This document shows, one piece after another, positions 1 through 9,334 of a stretch of DNA of 64,000 nucleotides (within the stretch, counting starts at the first letter, position 1; each line of letters begins with the position of its first letter). A program made the translations under genes and the position numbers. The notes under the pieces were generated by a model, which did not search any database, had not been told where the DNA came from, and saw only the letters and a program-made list of their open reading frames with translations. Source of the stretch: Marine Group III euryarchaeote CG-Epi1 (GTDB taxonomy: Archaea > Thermoplasmatota > Poseidoniia > MGIII > CG-Epi1); assembly GCA_001875345.1 (NCBI GenBank), contig MIZA01000021.1, forward strand, positions 6,222 through 70,221. The letters run 5' to 3'.

Positions 1-1
1 T

Positions 2-775
2 TCAGTATATGTGGATGGAGTAAATCCTTTTGATAATTTTGATCTAAGAAATAAAATTGGGTTTGTTCCAGAATATGATTGCTTTTATGAACATATGAGT
101 GCAGTTGATTACGTTTCGTATTTCTTAATGATCCACGATTTTAGTAAAGAGGAAGCTGTGGAAAAGGCTGAAAATTCATTAATAGAATTGGGATTACAAG
201 ACTCAATGTATCGAAAAATTCGTACATATTCAAGAGGTATGAGGCAAAAAACGAAAGTTGCTAGGGCAACTGCATTCAATCCACAAATTTTAGTTTTAGA
301 TGAACCGTTCCAAGGAGCAGATCCAACAACTAGACACTTACTAATGGAAAAAATTAATTCATGGTCTGAGGAAGGGAAGACTATTTTGATATCCAGTCAT
401 ATTTTACATGATGTTGAGTATTTAACAGACAATATCATATTGATTAATAATGGAAGAGTATTAGCTTCAGGTAACAGACATGAAATACGAAAGTTAATGT
501 CGAATATACCAATTCAAATCAAAATATCCCCTATCGATAAAAATCAATTAAGACCGCTAGTCAAACGTATGCTAGATGAAAAATGGATAACTGCAGGCAG
601 ATTATTAGAAAGCGAAGGTGAAATAATATTAGAAACTAACGAGTCTGAAAAATTTTATACTGAATTCCCACAAATCCTTGAGGATGAAAAAATTATTGTC
701 GAAAAAATAGTCTCTGACGACGACACACTAGACTCGCTATATTCTAAATTAGTGGAGGGAAAACAATGGAAATAA
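2..775 (+). CDS. ABC transporter ATP-binding protein (5' end outside the window)
   Basis: Signature YSRGMRQK, Walker B ILVLDEP, H-loop ISSH. No Walker A is present and the frame is open back to position 2, so the gene starts upstream. Confidence 0.9.
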   Translation, partial: SVYVDGVNPFDNFDLRNKIGFVPEYDCFYEHMSAVDYVSYFLMIHDFSKEEAVEKAENSLIELGLQDSMYRKIRTYSRGMRQKTKVARATAFNPQILVLDEPFQGADPTTRHLLMEKINSWSEEGKTILISSHILHDVEYLTDNIILINNGRVLASGNRHEIRKLMSNIPIQIKISPIDKNQLRPLVKRMLDEKWITAGRLLESEGEIILETNESEKFYTEFPQILEDEKIIVEKIVSDDDTLDSLYSKLVEGKQWK

Positions 776-1641
776 GCAAAATGTTCAAACGATTTCCAAC
801 GCTATTTCCTCCAATATTCAAAGATTGCTCATACAGATTAATTACAAACAAATTAACTTGGGTTTTAGTGGCAATCTTGATGTTGCCGTGCGCTCTGGGA
901 TTACTTGTTTATTATGAATTTTCAGGAGATCGTATTTCAGAAGAAGTGAATGGCGAAAAAATATATTACACCAGTAGTGGAGAATTATTACATGAAGATT
1001 TAAGAGTCTTATTTTTGGAAATATCAGAATACTTTGGAATTGGATTTATCGCATTACTTTTAGGTATTATGTTTAGCTCTGAACTAATTAGTGAGGAATA
1101 CAATTTGAAAACCATGCAGATATTAAGGACATCACCAATTCACCCTATAGAAATTTTTACTTACAGGTACATTAGTGGAATTATAACTGGAGTTATCTTA
1201 CTTGGACTATATTCTACAATATTTTACATAATAGTGATGATGGGAGCAGGAATTCATGGAATACTTGAGGAAATCGGGCTTTTAGCTTTAGTGATAAAGA
1301 TAGTAATACTTAACTGGATTGGATTTTTATCCATATTCTGCGCAATAAATGTATACTTTGAAAGACCTTACTTGATATGCTTCATCTACTGGCTGTTTTG
1401 GGAACAAATTATGTCTGGTCAAAATTATCAACAAATTACATTAACACACTATATTAATTCAATAATTTATGACTCACTAACTGAAATGGGATGGAGTGTA
1501 ACTGCTTCTGACTATGGCCTGGTAAATAGTAACAATGATACTATTGCTACAGATCCACTAATCTCTACATTTATCATATTGATTGTTGGAATATCTTTCA
1601 TATTCATTGGATCTAGAGGCATATCTTCGAAACAATTCTAA
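766..1641 (+). CDS. ABC-2 type permease
   Basis: About 6 hydrophobic segments, ISEE..KT..LRTSP motif, overlaps the ATPase gene. Confidence 0.8.
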   Translation: MEISKMFKRFPTLFPPIFKDCSYRLITNKLTWVLVAILMLPCALGLLVYYEFSGDRISEEVNGEKIYYTSSGELLHEDLRVLFLEISEYFGIGFIALLLGIMFSSELISEEYNLKTMQILRTSPIHPIEIFTYRYISGIITGVILLGLYSTIFYIIVMMGAGIHGILEEIGLLALVIKIVILNWIGFLSIFCAINVYFERPYLICFIYWLFWEQIMSGQNYQQITLTHYINSIIYDSLTEMGWSVTASDYGLVNSNNDTIATDPLISTFIILIVGISFIFIGSRGISSKQF

Positions 1642-1643
1642 AG

Positions 1644-1653
1644 TTTTATTAAA
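1644..1653 (+). promoter_or_regulatory. TATA-box-like element upstream of dnaJ (probably leaderless mRNA)
   Basis: TTTTATTAAA 22-31 nt before the ATG at 1675. Similar spacing is seen at 6247-6254, 30150-30157 and 38564-38571. Confidence 0.5.
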
Positions 1654-1674
1654 AGGCCAAAATAGAGCCATCAA

Positions 1675-2826
1675 ATGGCAAAGAGGGATTACTACGAAGT
1701 TCTGGGAATTGAAAAAGGGGCAGATGAAAGAAGTATCAAAAAAGCATACAGGAAATTAGCAAGAAAACATCATCCTGATGCAAGTGATGAAAGCCCCGAA
1801 GTAGCCGAAAAGAAATTCAAAGAAATCTCTGAAGCTTATGAAGTATTAGCTGACAGTGAAAAAAGAGGCAGGTACGATCAGTTCGGACATGATGGTGTAG
1901 ATTTCGGCGGAGGAGGATTCTCATGGGATCAGTTCAGTCACCAAGGTGATATATCGGATTTATTTGGTCAACTCTTTGGTGGAAGGCAAGGGGGAGGTGG
2001 TGGAATGGGAAGTATCTTTTCACAGCTTTTTGGTGGAGGACAAAGCCAACCAAATAATAGAGGAAATGATCTAAGATATGACATTACATTAGATCTTAAA
2101 GAAGCATTCACAGGCATAGAAAAAGAAATTACCATACCTAGAGAAGATTCATGTAAAACATGTAACGGTTCTGGAGCTGCTAAAGGAGGAACTGCAAAAA
2201 CATGTGTTACTTGTGCCGGCCAAGGGATTGTAAGGAAAGTAATGCAAAGAGGATTTATGCAAACAGTTTCTACAGATACATGTTCTGATTGTAGGGGAAC
2301 TGGAAGTGTTATAGACAAACCTTGCAAAGATTGCAAAGGATCAGGTATTGTATCCGTTGACAAAAAGATAAAGCTGAAAATTCCTGCCGGAGCTGATGAT
2401 GGCTACAGATTAAGAATGCGAGGGCAAGGAAGCGCGGGCCCAAATAATGGACCAAAAGGTGACTTGTACATAGTTGTAAATGTAAAAAGACATGAAATAT
2501 TTCAAAGACAAGACAATGAAATTATCTTAGATTTAGATATAAGTCCCTCACAAGCTGTACTTGGTGACAGCATAAGAGTACCTACTTTAGCAGGAAATGT
2601 GAAGCTAAGTATTCCATCGGGAACACAATCAGGGGATGTTCTTAGACTAAAAGGAAAAGGAATGCCAGATATTACAAGGCCTTCAATTAAAGGAAGCCAA
2701 CATGTCAGGATAAATATAAAAGTACCAAAACCTAATGGTAAAACAAGAAAACTTTGGGAAGAGTTAAAGAAACTAGACTCAACAAAACCATCTTTCTTAG
2801 ATAGAATGAGGGATACATTTGGCTGA
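1675..2826 (+). CDS. dnaJ: Molecular chaperone DnaJ
   Basis: J domain with HPD, G/F-rich region, four CxxCxGxG repeats, C-terminal domain. Confidence 0.97.
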   Translation: MAKRDYYEVLGIEKGADERSIKKAYRKLARKHHPDASDESPEVAEKKFKEISEAYEVLADSEKRGRYDQFGHDGVDFGGGGFSWDQFSHQGDISDLFGQLFGGRQGGGGGMGSIFSQLFGGGQSQPNNRGNDLRYDITLDLKEAFTGIEKEITIPREDSCKTCNGSGAAKGGTAKTCVTCAGQGIVRKVMQRGFMQTVSTDTCSDCRGTGSVIDKPCKDCKGSGIVSVDKKIKLKIPAGADDGYRLRMRGQGSAGPNNGPKGDLYIVVNVKRHEIFQRQDNEIILDLDISPSQAVLGDSIRVPTLAGNVKLSIPSGTQSGDVLRLKGKGMPDITRPSIKGSQHVRINIKVPKPNGKTRKLWEELKKLDSTKPSFLDRMRDTFG

Positions 2827-3838
2827 AGACGAAGATTACGAACAAGATAGTGAAGCATATCGCAAATGGAGGAGTGGTGAAGATAATGACAGATATGCAT
2901 CATCGAAAACTCCTTCAGAAACAGGAGCAAGGAGTGGAAGCTATACTACCCCTAAGTCTGAAAACGATGAATATACTCCTCCGGATGAGGATGATAATTC
3001 TGAGAAACTACCCTGGTATGTTTGGGCGTTTCTTATTATTACAACTATTCCTTTTCTTATTGTTGCAATTGGTTCTGCTGACTTCCAATTTGGTGACGGA
3101 GGATCAGATGGGAAAAATCCTAGTGAATGGCCTTCTGTTGAAGGAACTATAGAATATACACGCGTTGAAGATAAATTCATAACCGAAGAATATTGTGAAG
3201 ACAGAAATGATGATGGATATTTTGACGACGATGAATGCTGGAAAGACTTTGTTTACGTCGCTGAAGTATCTTACATCTACACTGTCGAAAATACGAGTGA
3301 TTTAAATGGCCAAGAAGGTTGTGAAGATTGTTCCTTTGGAGAAATAGTGGAATTATGGGAAAGTCACTGGGTAGACGTTCTAAAGAGAGAGGGAGAAGAT
3401 AAATTATTCCAAGAATTTATCAATGCAACGGATGAGCGCTTGGCAGTTAACTCTACAGTGAAAATATTTTACAATCCCGAGAACGCCGGCGAGGCATATA
3501 GTGAATTTGGAGAATATTATGAAGACACTGAGAGTGCATTTTTCCTCATGGGCATTGGTGCAATCTGTTGTTTTTCAATAGTTTTCATTGGTATTTTTAT
3601 AGGAACTGCTCAGCGAATTAGCAGTATGCGTGAAGATTACGAACTAAATCGTAGGGGTTCTTTTGGAGTATTTGGATCCGATAACAACCGTAATGGAGGA
3701 AGAAATAGTCGAGCCGTCAGAAGAAGTGGAGGAAGTAGCCGCAGCGGCGGTGGAGGAAGAAGTGGTAGCAGAAGCCGAGGCGGTGGCGGCCGAAGTAGCG
3801 GTGGAAGCCGAAGCGGTGGCGGTGGCCGAAGGCGTTGA
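2819..3838 (+). CDS. Two-TM membrane protein, DUF3592-like, with Gly/Arg/Ser-rich C-terminal tail
   Basis: WPSVEGTI...Y.YTV...VKIFYNPENAGEA pattern between two TM helices; low-complexity RSGGGGR tail; TTG start. Confidence 0.6.
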   Translation: MAEDEDYEQDSEAYRKWRSGEDNDRYASSKTPSETGARSGSYTTPKSENDEYTPPDEDDNSEKLPWYVWAFLIITTIPFLIVAIGSADFQFGDGGSDGKNPSEWPSVEGTIEYTRVEDKFITEEYCEDRNDDGYFDDDECWKDFVYVAEVSYIYTVENTSDLNGQEGCEDCSFGEIVELWESHWVDVLKREGEDKLFQEFINATDERLAVNSTVKIFYNPENAGEAYSEFGEYYEDTESAFFLMGIGAICCFSIVFIGIFIGTAQRISSMREDYELNRRGSFGVFGSDNNRNGGRNSRAVRRSGGSSRSGGGGRSGSRSRGGGGRSSGGSRSGGGGRRR

Positions 3839-4902
3839 AACTTGACATTGACGATGATATCCGCAAGGCAAAAACAATACCCTCAAAATTTTATCATAGC
3901 CCTAAAGTTTATAGAAAACTTAAAAAAATATTCAACCGAAGTTGGCAATTTGTAGGAGATACTGATCTCTTAGAAAAAAATAACGTACATCCTGATATTT
4001 TGTTAGAAGGAATGGTTGATGAACCGTATGTATTAACAAAAGATGGAAAAAATATCAGATGTTTATCTAATGTTTGTACACACAGAGGTACAATTGTTTG
4101 CGAAAAAGCTACAAAAACTAAGAATTTAGTCTGTGGTTATCACGGTAGACAATTCCACATTGATGGAAAAATGAAATTTATGCCTGAATTCGAAGATGTA
4201 GAAAATTTCCCATCTAAATCTGATAATTTGCCTCGCATTGAAATGGATTTGTGGAAAAAAATGATATTCATAATTAATGATAAAAAATGTGATATTAGCG
4301 AATTAATAGGGCCAATGATTGAAAGGCTGTCTTGGCTACCAATAGAGGAATTCAAATACAAACCAGAAATGTCAAGAATATACAATGTAAAGGCTAATTG
4401 GGCACTCTACTGTGACAATTATCTCGAAGGCTTCCACATTCCATTTGTTCATAAAGACTTGAACCAAACATTAGAGTACGATGAATATTTTACAGAAGGT
4501 ATTGATAACACTGTTTTACAAATAGGAATAGGCAAAGACAATGAAAACACATTTGAACTACCTAAAAATCATCAAGATTATGGTAAAAATGTGGCTGCCT
4601 ACTATTTCTTTCTTTTCCCCAATATGATGTTTAATTTTTATCCATGGGGGCTTTCTGTAAATGTAGTCAAACCAAAATCCCCGGAAGAAACCCAAATCGA
4701 GTACTTTACTTATGTTTGGAAAGAAGAATTGATGGAAAAAGGGGCTGGAAGTGGATTAGATAAAGTCGAATTAGAAGACGAAGAGATAGTTGAATCTGTT
4801 CAAAAAGGAATTAAGTCAAAAGCTTACGACAGAGGAAGGTACTCACCGAGAAGAGAAATTGGCGTTCATTATTTTCATAAATTAATACAAAAGTATTATT
4901 GA
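3835..4902 (+). CDS. Rieske non-heme iron oxygenase alpha subunit (choline monooxygenase-like)
   Basis: Rieske ligands CTH...CGYH; mononuclear Fe motifs DNYLEGFHIPFVH and EDEEIVESVQKG. Confidence 0.88.
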   Translation: MKLDIDDDIRKAKTIPSKFYHSPKVYRKLKKIFNRSWQFVGDTDLLEKNNVHPDILLEGMVDEPYVLTKDGKNIRCLSNVCTHRGTIVCEKATKTKNLVCGYHGRQFHIDGKMKFMPEFEDVENFPSKSDNLPRIEMDLWKKMIFIINDKKCDISELIGPMIERLSWLPIEEFKYKPEMSRIYNVKANWALYCDNYLEGFHIPFVHKDLNQTLEYDEYFTEGIDNTVLQIGIGKDNENTFELPKNHQDYGKNVAAYYFFLFPNMMFNFYPWGLSVNVVKPKSPEETQIEYFTYVWKEELMEKGAGSGLDKVELEDEEIVESVQKGIKSKAYDRGRYSPRREIGVHYFHKLIQKYY

Positions 4903-4904
4903 TT

Positions 4905-6191
4905 CTAACGACGTTTAAACATCCTAAATTCCATAAGTCTATCTACTAAATAAATTGAACCAGGATATTTTTTAGGAATTCTAAGACTTAAAAATGGAAT
5001 AGTTCCTATGCTTCTGCCTATTCCAGAAATGATAAATATTGTGAAAATAGCTTTCCAAGTATCGTTGTAAAAATCTTCAAGGTAGCCGGCCATATATCCT
5101 CCAATAAGTGCTCCAACGAAGGTAGTTATTCCAACACGAGTATTGTAATAACTAAAGTATGCTGCCCTTTCTTTGTTAGGTGCAAGATCTAGAACCATTG
5201 CGTTAGAAGTTATCAAGAATGCACTGAAACATGGACCTAGAATAACTATTTGAAGAAGAATCATAACTTCGATAATAGGGAAAAAAGCATAAATGAAAGG
5301 CAAGATAGCAAACCCTATCCTACTCATAATTAGAACAGGTAGCGGCCCAACTCTGTCAACTAATCGGCCCATAATTGGCTGAAAAGCCATTTCGGATACT
5401 GCGCCAACTAGACTGAAAGCAACTAATACAATATTGTCGACTTCAAGAACCTCAATCAAAATCATAGCAAATAGGGGCCAAATCAGAGACATATTCAAAG
5501 CGTAAAAGGCCTGTGCACGAACGTAACTTTGAAAAGTGTTAGAATATTCTTTCTTTGCAGTTTCTGATAGCACTAAATCTTTTGTTTTTTCAGGATCTCT
5601 GTAAGGAACTCTGATTAATATTAGACCTCCAACGAATGTAGCTACTGCCGCGAAAGTAAATAATGGCCTAAACGGTTCCGCTGAATTTGAACCGTCAGTA
5701 TAAACTGAATAAACTGCAATTAGTGAACCTACTAAACCAAGCAAACCACCTATAACATGGAATTTGCTTAGTGTACTTCCTCTCTTGGAGGGATTCATCC
5801 AATCTCCCTGTAAAGCAGCCCAAGTCGGATTGATAATTGATAACGAAACTGAATAGATTACTACAAGGAATAACATTTCGTTTGGATCATTAACCGTTGA
5901 GAGTAAATACAAGGAAATAGCTCCAAATATTGAACCTCCTATAATCCAATAAGTCCTTATAGATTTAGTATCTGAAACCCAACCCCAGAAATATTGTAGA
6001 GCGTTTGGTAAAAGATTCATCAATGATTGAATCCAAGCAATTTGCTCAAATGAAGCTCCCAATCGTACAGCATAATAACTCAAATATGGCATAGAGATAT
6101 CATTAGCAAATGAACTTGTGGCATGGTATGCATATAATTCAGTTGGAGGCTCTATTTCCTCGCTATTATTGTCTGTACTCAATAATTTCAA
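4905..6191 (-). CDS. MFS transporter
   Basis: About 12 TM segments; motif A-like GWVSDTK and GRLVDRVG. Start uncertain (TTG). Confidence 0.85.
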   Translation of the reverse strand: MKLLSTDNNSEEIEPPTELYAYHATSSFANDISMPYLSYYAVRLGASFEQIAWIQSLMNLLPNALQYFWGWVSDTKSIRTYWIIGGSIFGAISLYLLSTVNDPNEMLFLVVIYSVSLSIINPTWAALQGDWMNPSKRGSTLSKFHVIGGLLGLVGSLIAVYSVYTDGSNSAEPFRPLFTFAAVATFVGGLILIRVPYRDPEKTKDLVLSETAKKEYSNTFQSYVRAQAFYALNMSLIWPLFAMILIEVLEVDNIVLVAFSLVGAVSEMAFQPIMGRLVDRVGPLPVLIMSRIGFAILPFIYAFFPIIEVMILLQIVILGPCFSAFLITSNAMVLDLAPNKERAAYFSYYNTRVGITTFVGALIGGYMAGYLEDFYNDTWKAIFTIFIISGIGRSIGTIPFLSLRIPKKYPGSIYLVDRLMEFRMFKRR

Positions 6192-6273
6192 CTGCAGTTA
6201 TGCAATATAACATTACGCACTGCATTTATGCACTAGAGAAAAATCATTTAAATACAATTGAAAAGGGGCGTTA

Positions 6274-6636
6274 GTGCCGGGCATAACCAAACTAATCGGA
6301 ATTTACGACGCAGATGGGGGAATTTTTGGTGAAATTAAATATTTTGCTGGAAAAATTTTCTCAAACAAGCATTGCTCTCTTTGCGACATCACACATGGTA
6401 AATCGAAGAAGGAATGGGCTGCTTGTGAGAAAAGATTACCCATAACCATTGATTTTATCCATCTCAACGAAAGAAATTCTGCAATTGAAAAGTATACCAA
6501 AGGAGTCACTCCTTGCGTTATTGGAAAAACTGCCACAGGGTATGTTACTGTAGTTACTAAAAATGAAATGATTGAATGTGAAGGCAATGCAGAAAAATTT
6601 GAAGCTTTGATAAAACAAAAGTTACAAAATCAATAG
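6274..6636 (+). CDS. Conserved hypothetical CxxC protein (possible thioredoxin-like fold)
   Basis: IYDADGG..GE, HCSLCDITH and TPCV motifs; TTTAAATA box at 6247-6254. Confidence 0.6.
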   Translation: MPGITKLIGIYDADGGIFGEIKYFAGKIFSNKHCSLCDITHGKSKKEWAACEKRLPITIDFIHLNERNSAIEKYTKGVTPCVIGKTATGYVTVVTKNEMIECEGNAEKFEALIKQKLQNQ

Positions 6637-6670
6637 TATGACTATTATAGCCCATTGAGAAAGGCATATT

Positions 6671-8068
6671 GTGGCTGAACAAAAAGAATCTCGCCTGAAC
6701 GAATTCTTAGAAAATCCTGAACGTTCACTTTGGTCTATTGCAATTCCAGTTATTGCTGGTATGGCTATACAGACTTTCTATTCAATAGTTGATATGCTGT
6801 TCATTGGCCAGTTAGGTGGAAGTTCGATTGCAGCAGTTGCATTCAACATGCCCCTTTACTTCTTCGTTATGGGAATTACATTTGGAATTGGTACAGGAAT
6901 TACAGCTACAATAGCTAGGGCTATTGGAGAAGAAGATAAAGAAAAAGCTGATAATGCTGCAAAGCACGGTTTATTGATTGCGCTTTTTATGGGAGTTACT
7001 TTAACATTCTTTGGCTTATTAACTGGTAAAAAAGTTCTTTCAATGTTGGGGTCGCCCGAAGAGCTGATTGACGAATCATGGAGCTATCTCAGAGTTACTT
7101 GCTATGGGATGATGTTTATTGTGTTTTCAATTGTATTCCGATCTATACTAGCTGGTGAAGGTGATATGAAATTCCCAGTAATGGTAGCTGCTACAGGAAC
7201 AATCTTGAATATTATTTTAGATCCTATTTTTATTTTTGACTTAGACGAATACGGAGGATTTGGATTAGGCATGGGTGTGAAAGGAGCTGCAGCTGCAAGC
7301 GTAGTTTCCCAAATGATAGTATTTTTTATTTTCATATTTATGCTATTCTTCAAAGATCATGCGTATATCTCATTTGATATGCAAAATTTTACCTTTTCAA
7401 AGGAGGTTATGAAAGAAATTTTAGTTGTTGGTATTCCTTCCTCAATATCAATGATTATTATGTCATTTGGACAAGGTGTCTTTAATTATATTTTAATAAT
7501 TGGATATGGCCCTGACGCTGTAGCTGCATACACTATATCTGGAAGGTTGGATATGCTAATGTTTCTTCCAATAATGGGAATTGCTACAGGCCTAGTTACT
7601 ACTGTGGGAATGTTTGCTGGGGCAAAAAGATTTGACAAAGTAAAAAGTATTATTATTTACGCAATTTCAAGAGCATTCGTTATAGTTGCAATTGCTTCAA
7701 CCATTGTATACTTGCTTGCACCAAGCATCATTAGTCTATTCACAGATGATGAAAATATCAAGAATATTGGAGTAAGTGCATTGAGAACATTGTGCTTTAC
7801 ATATCCATTTGTTGGAATTGCAATGCCTTGCGGTAGAATTATGCAGGGATTAGGTCAGGGAATACCAGTTCTAGTAATTACAGCATTGAGAGTTTTACTT
7901 GTTTCGGCACCTCTAGCTTATTATTTTGCAATTATTGATTCTAGAGACATTGTGTGGGTGTGGTATTCCATTGCCATTTCTGTTAGTGTGTCTGCTATAG
8001 TTGGCCCCCTATGGGTTAGAAAAACCATTAATGAAATGGAAAGCTCAAATGAAAGTCTTACCAACTAG
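6671..8068 (+). CDS. MATE family efflux transporter
   Basis: YSIVDMLFIGQLG, NIILDPIFIF, GVKGAAAAS motifs; about 12 TM. Confidence 0.93.
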   Translation: MAEQKESRLNEFLENPERSLWSIAIPVIAGMAIQTFYSIVDMLFIGQLGGSSIAAVAFNMPLYFFVMGITFGIGTGITATIARAIGEEDKEKADNAAKHGLLIALFMGVTLTFFGLLTGKKVLSMLGSPEELIDESWSYLRVTCYGMMFIVFSIVFRSILAGEGDMKFPVMVAATGTILNIILDPIFIFDLDEYGGFGLGMGVKGAAAASVVSQMIVFFIFIFMLFFKDHAYISFDMQNFTFSKEVMKEILVVGIPSSISMIIMSFGQGVFNYILIIGYGPDAVAAYTISGRLDMLMFLPIMGIATGLVTTVGMFAGAKRFDKVKSIIIYAISRAFVIVAIASTIVYLLAPSIISLFTDDENIKNIGVSALRTLCFTYPFVGIAMPCGRIMQGLGQGIPVLVITALRVLLVSAPLAYYFAIIDSRDIVWVWYSIAISVSVSAIVGPLWVRKTINEMESSNESLTN

Positions 8069-8656
8069 AGCTAATGCCAAAAAGAAAAGAACTAAACCTA
8101 TTACACGATCTATAATTACTGAATTGGAGCGTAACGTATCAATCAGCGGAGTGCCTGCAAGAACGGCTGCAACTAAAACATACCAGATAGTATCTATAAG
8201 TCCTGCTAAAATTGCCATGATTATTCTTTCCATTTGATTCATTTCGGGATCAATGAATTGACTAAAGACAGCTACCAGAAATACTAAAATCTTAGGATTT
8301 AAAAAAGATATCAAGAAACCCTCGATGAAACCTTTACGTCCGCTAATTTCATGACTTTCATTAGCGTTTGAAGGAATATAAGTGAGCATATTGTAAGATA
8401 ACCAAAGCAAGACTAGAGCTCCGCTCCACTGCAAGAATAAAAATGTTGAATCATGAGCTAGTAGAAGAGCTGAAAGTCCTGTGACAGCAACTAAAGCATA
8501 AAGTCCAAAACCAATCCCGTGACCAATGCCGGTCATAATGCCTTGTAACCTTCCACCGGAAATTGTATTTCTCAAAACCACGGCAAGGCTAGGTCCCGGC
8601 GACATTGCTCCCATTGCGCAAACAATTGATAAAGCCAGAAGAGAAGTCAAATCCAT
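8045..8656 (-). CDS. LysE/RhtB family translocator
   Basis: SPGP N-terminal motif and GFLISFLNPK motif. Confidence 0.92.
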   Translation of the reverse strand: MDLTSLLALSIVCAMGAMSPGPSLAVVLRNTISGGRLQGIMTGIGHGIGFGLYALVAVTGLSALLLAHDSTFLFLQWSGALVLLWLSYNMLTYIPSNANESHEISGRKGFIEGFLISFLNPKILVFLVAVFSQFIDPEMNQMERIIMAILAGLIDTIWYVLVAAVLAGTPLIDTLRSNSVIIDRVIGLVLFFLALALVGKTFI

Positions 8657-8662
8657 TACTAT

Positions 8663-8920
8663 CTATTTTCTCCTAAATTTTATCAATGTTGAACCTAACC
8701 CCTTATCGGATAATTTAAGTTTACAAATTTCAGGATATATCCGTTTTATATCTCTCTGCAAGCCATTTTCACGTTGGACGTAATCTTTGATGACAGTCCC
8801 TAAATTATGACCATGAACTAGTTCAATAGAAGGTTGCGAAGATTCCCAAGCTTCAGCAACCGCAATCTGTGATTTTAACTTAGCATCTGATAGAGGTAGA
8901 CCGTGAAGATCAACCCGCAT
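8663..8920 (-). CDS. Stand-alone Smr domain protein
   Basis: VDLHG, LVHGHNLG and terminal GSTLI motifs. Confidence 0.8.
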   Translation of the reverse strand: MRVDLHGLPLSDAKLKSQIAVAEAWESSQPSIELVHGHNLGTVIKDYVQRENGLQRDIKRIYPEICKLKLSDKGLGSTLIKFRRK

Positions 8921-8925
8921 TTAGC

Positions 8926-9303
8926 TTATATTCCTAAAATTTCTTTAGTCTTCTCTGGATTGTCTGTTGTTAGTGCTACATCAGCAGCATCCATTTCCAT
9001 TTTCATAATGTAAAATGAGATGATGTTAATGCCTGCATCACTCAACTTAGTTGCCATTTTTGCAAGTGCCCCTGGTTCATTTGAAAGTGTTGTCAATAGC
9101 AATTCGTTAGCTTCGAAGTCTCTACCCATATCTTTCAAAACTTTAGCAGTAGCTTCCTCATCATCGGTGACCATTGTTACTGAAGCACTCGAACGACCCA
9201 TGCCTACACAACCAAGAATATTGATTCCATTTTCTCCAACAGCTGATGCGACTTCAGCCAACTCTCCTGGCTTATCAGCCAATGACACATTGAATTCTTG
9301 CAT
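8926..9303 (-). CDS. Tandem ACT domain protein
   Basis: DKPGELA...GINI and NEPGALA...GINI. Confidence 0.88.
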   Translation of the reverse strand: MQEFNVSLADKPGELAEVASAVGENGINILGCVGMGRSSASVTMVTDDEEATAKVLKDMGRDFEANELLLTTLSNEPGALAKMATKLSDAGINIISFYIMKMEMDAADVALTTDNPEKTKEILGI

Positions 9304-9334
9304 AATATTTCCCTATCAAGGGGATATATATGTA

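Noticed and set aside
3644-3886. Alternative-frame ORFs over the Gly/Arg tail (3644-3886 minus, 3663-3845 plus)
   Set aside because: By-products of a GC-rich low-complexity coding stretch.
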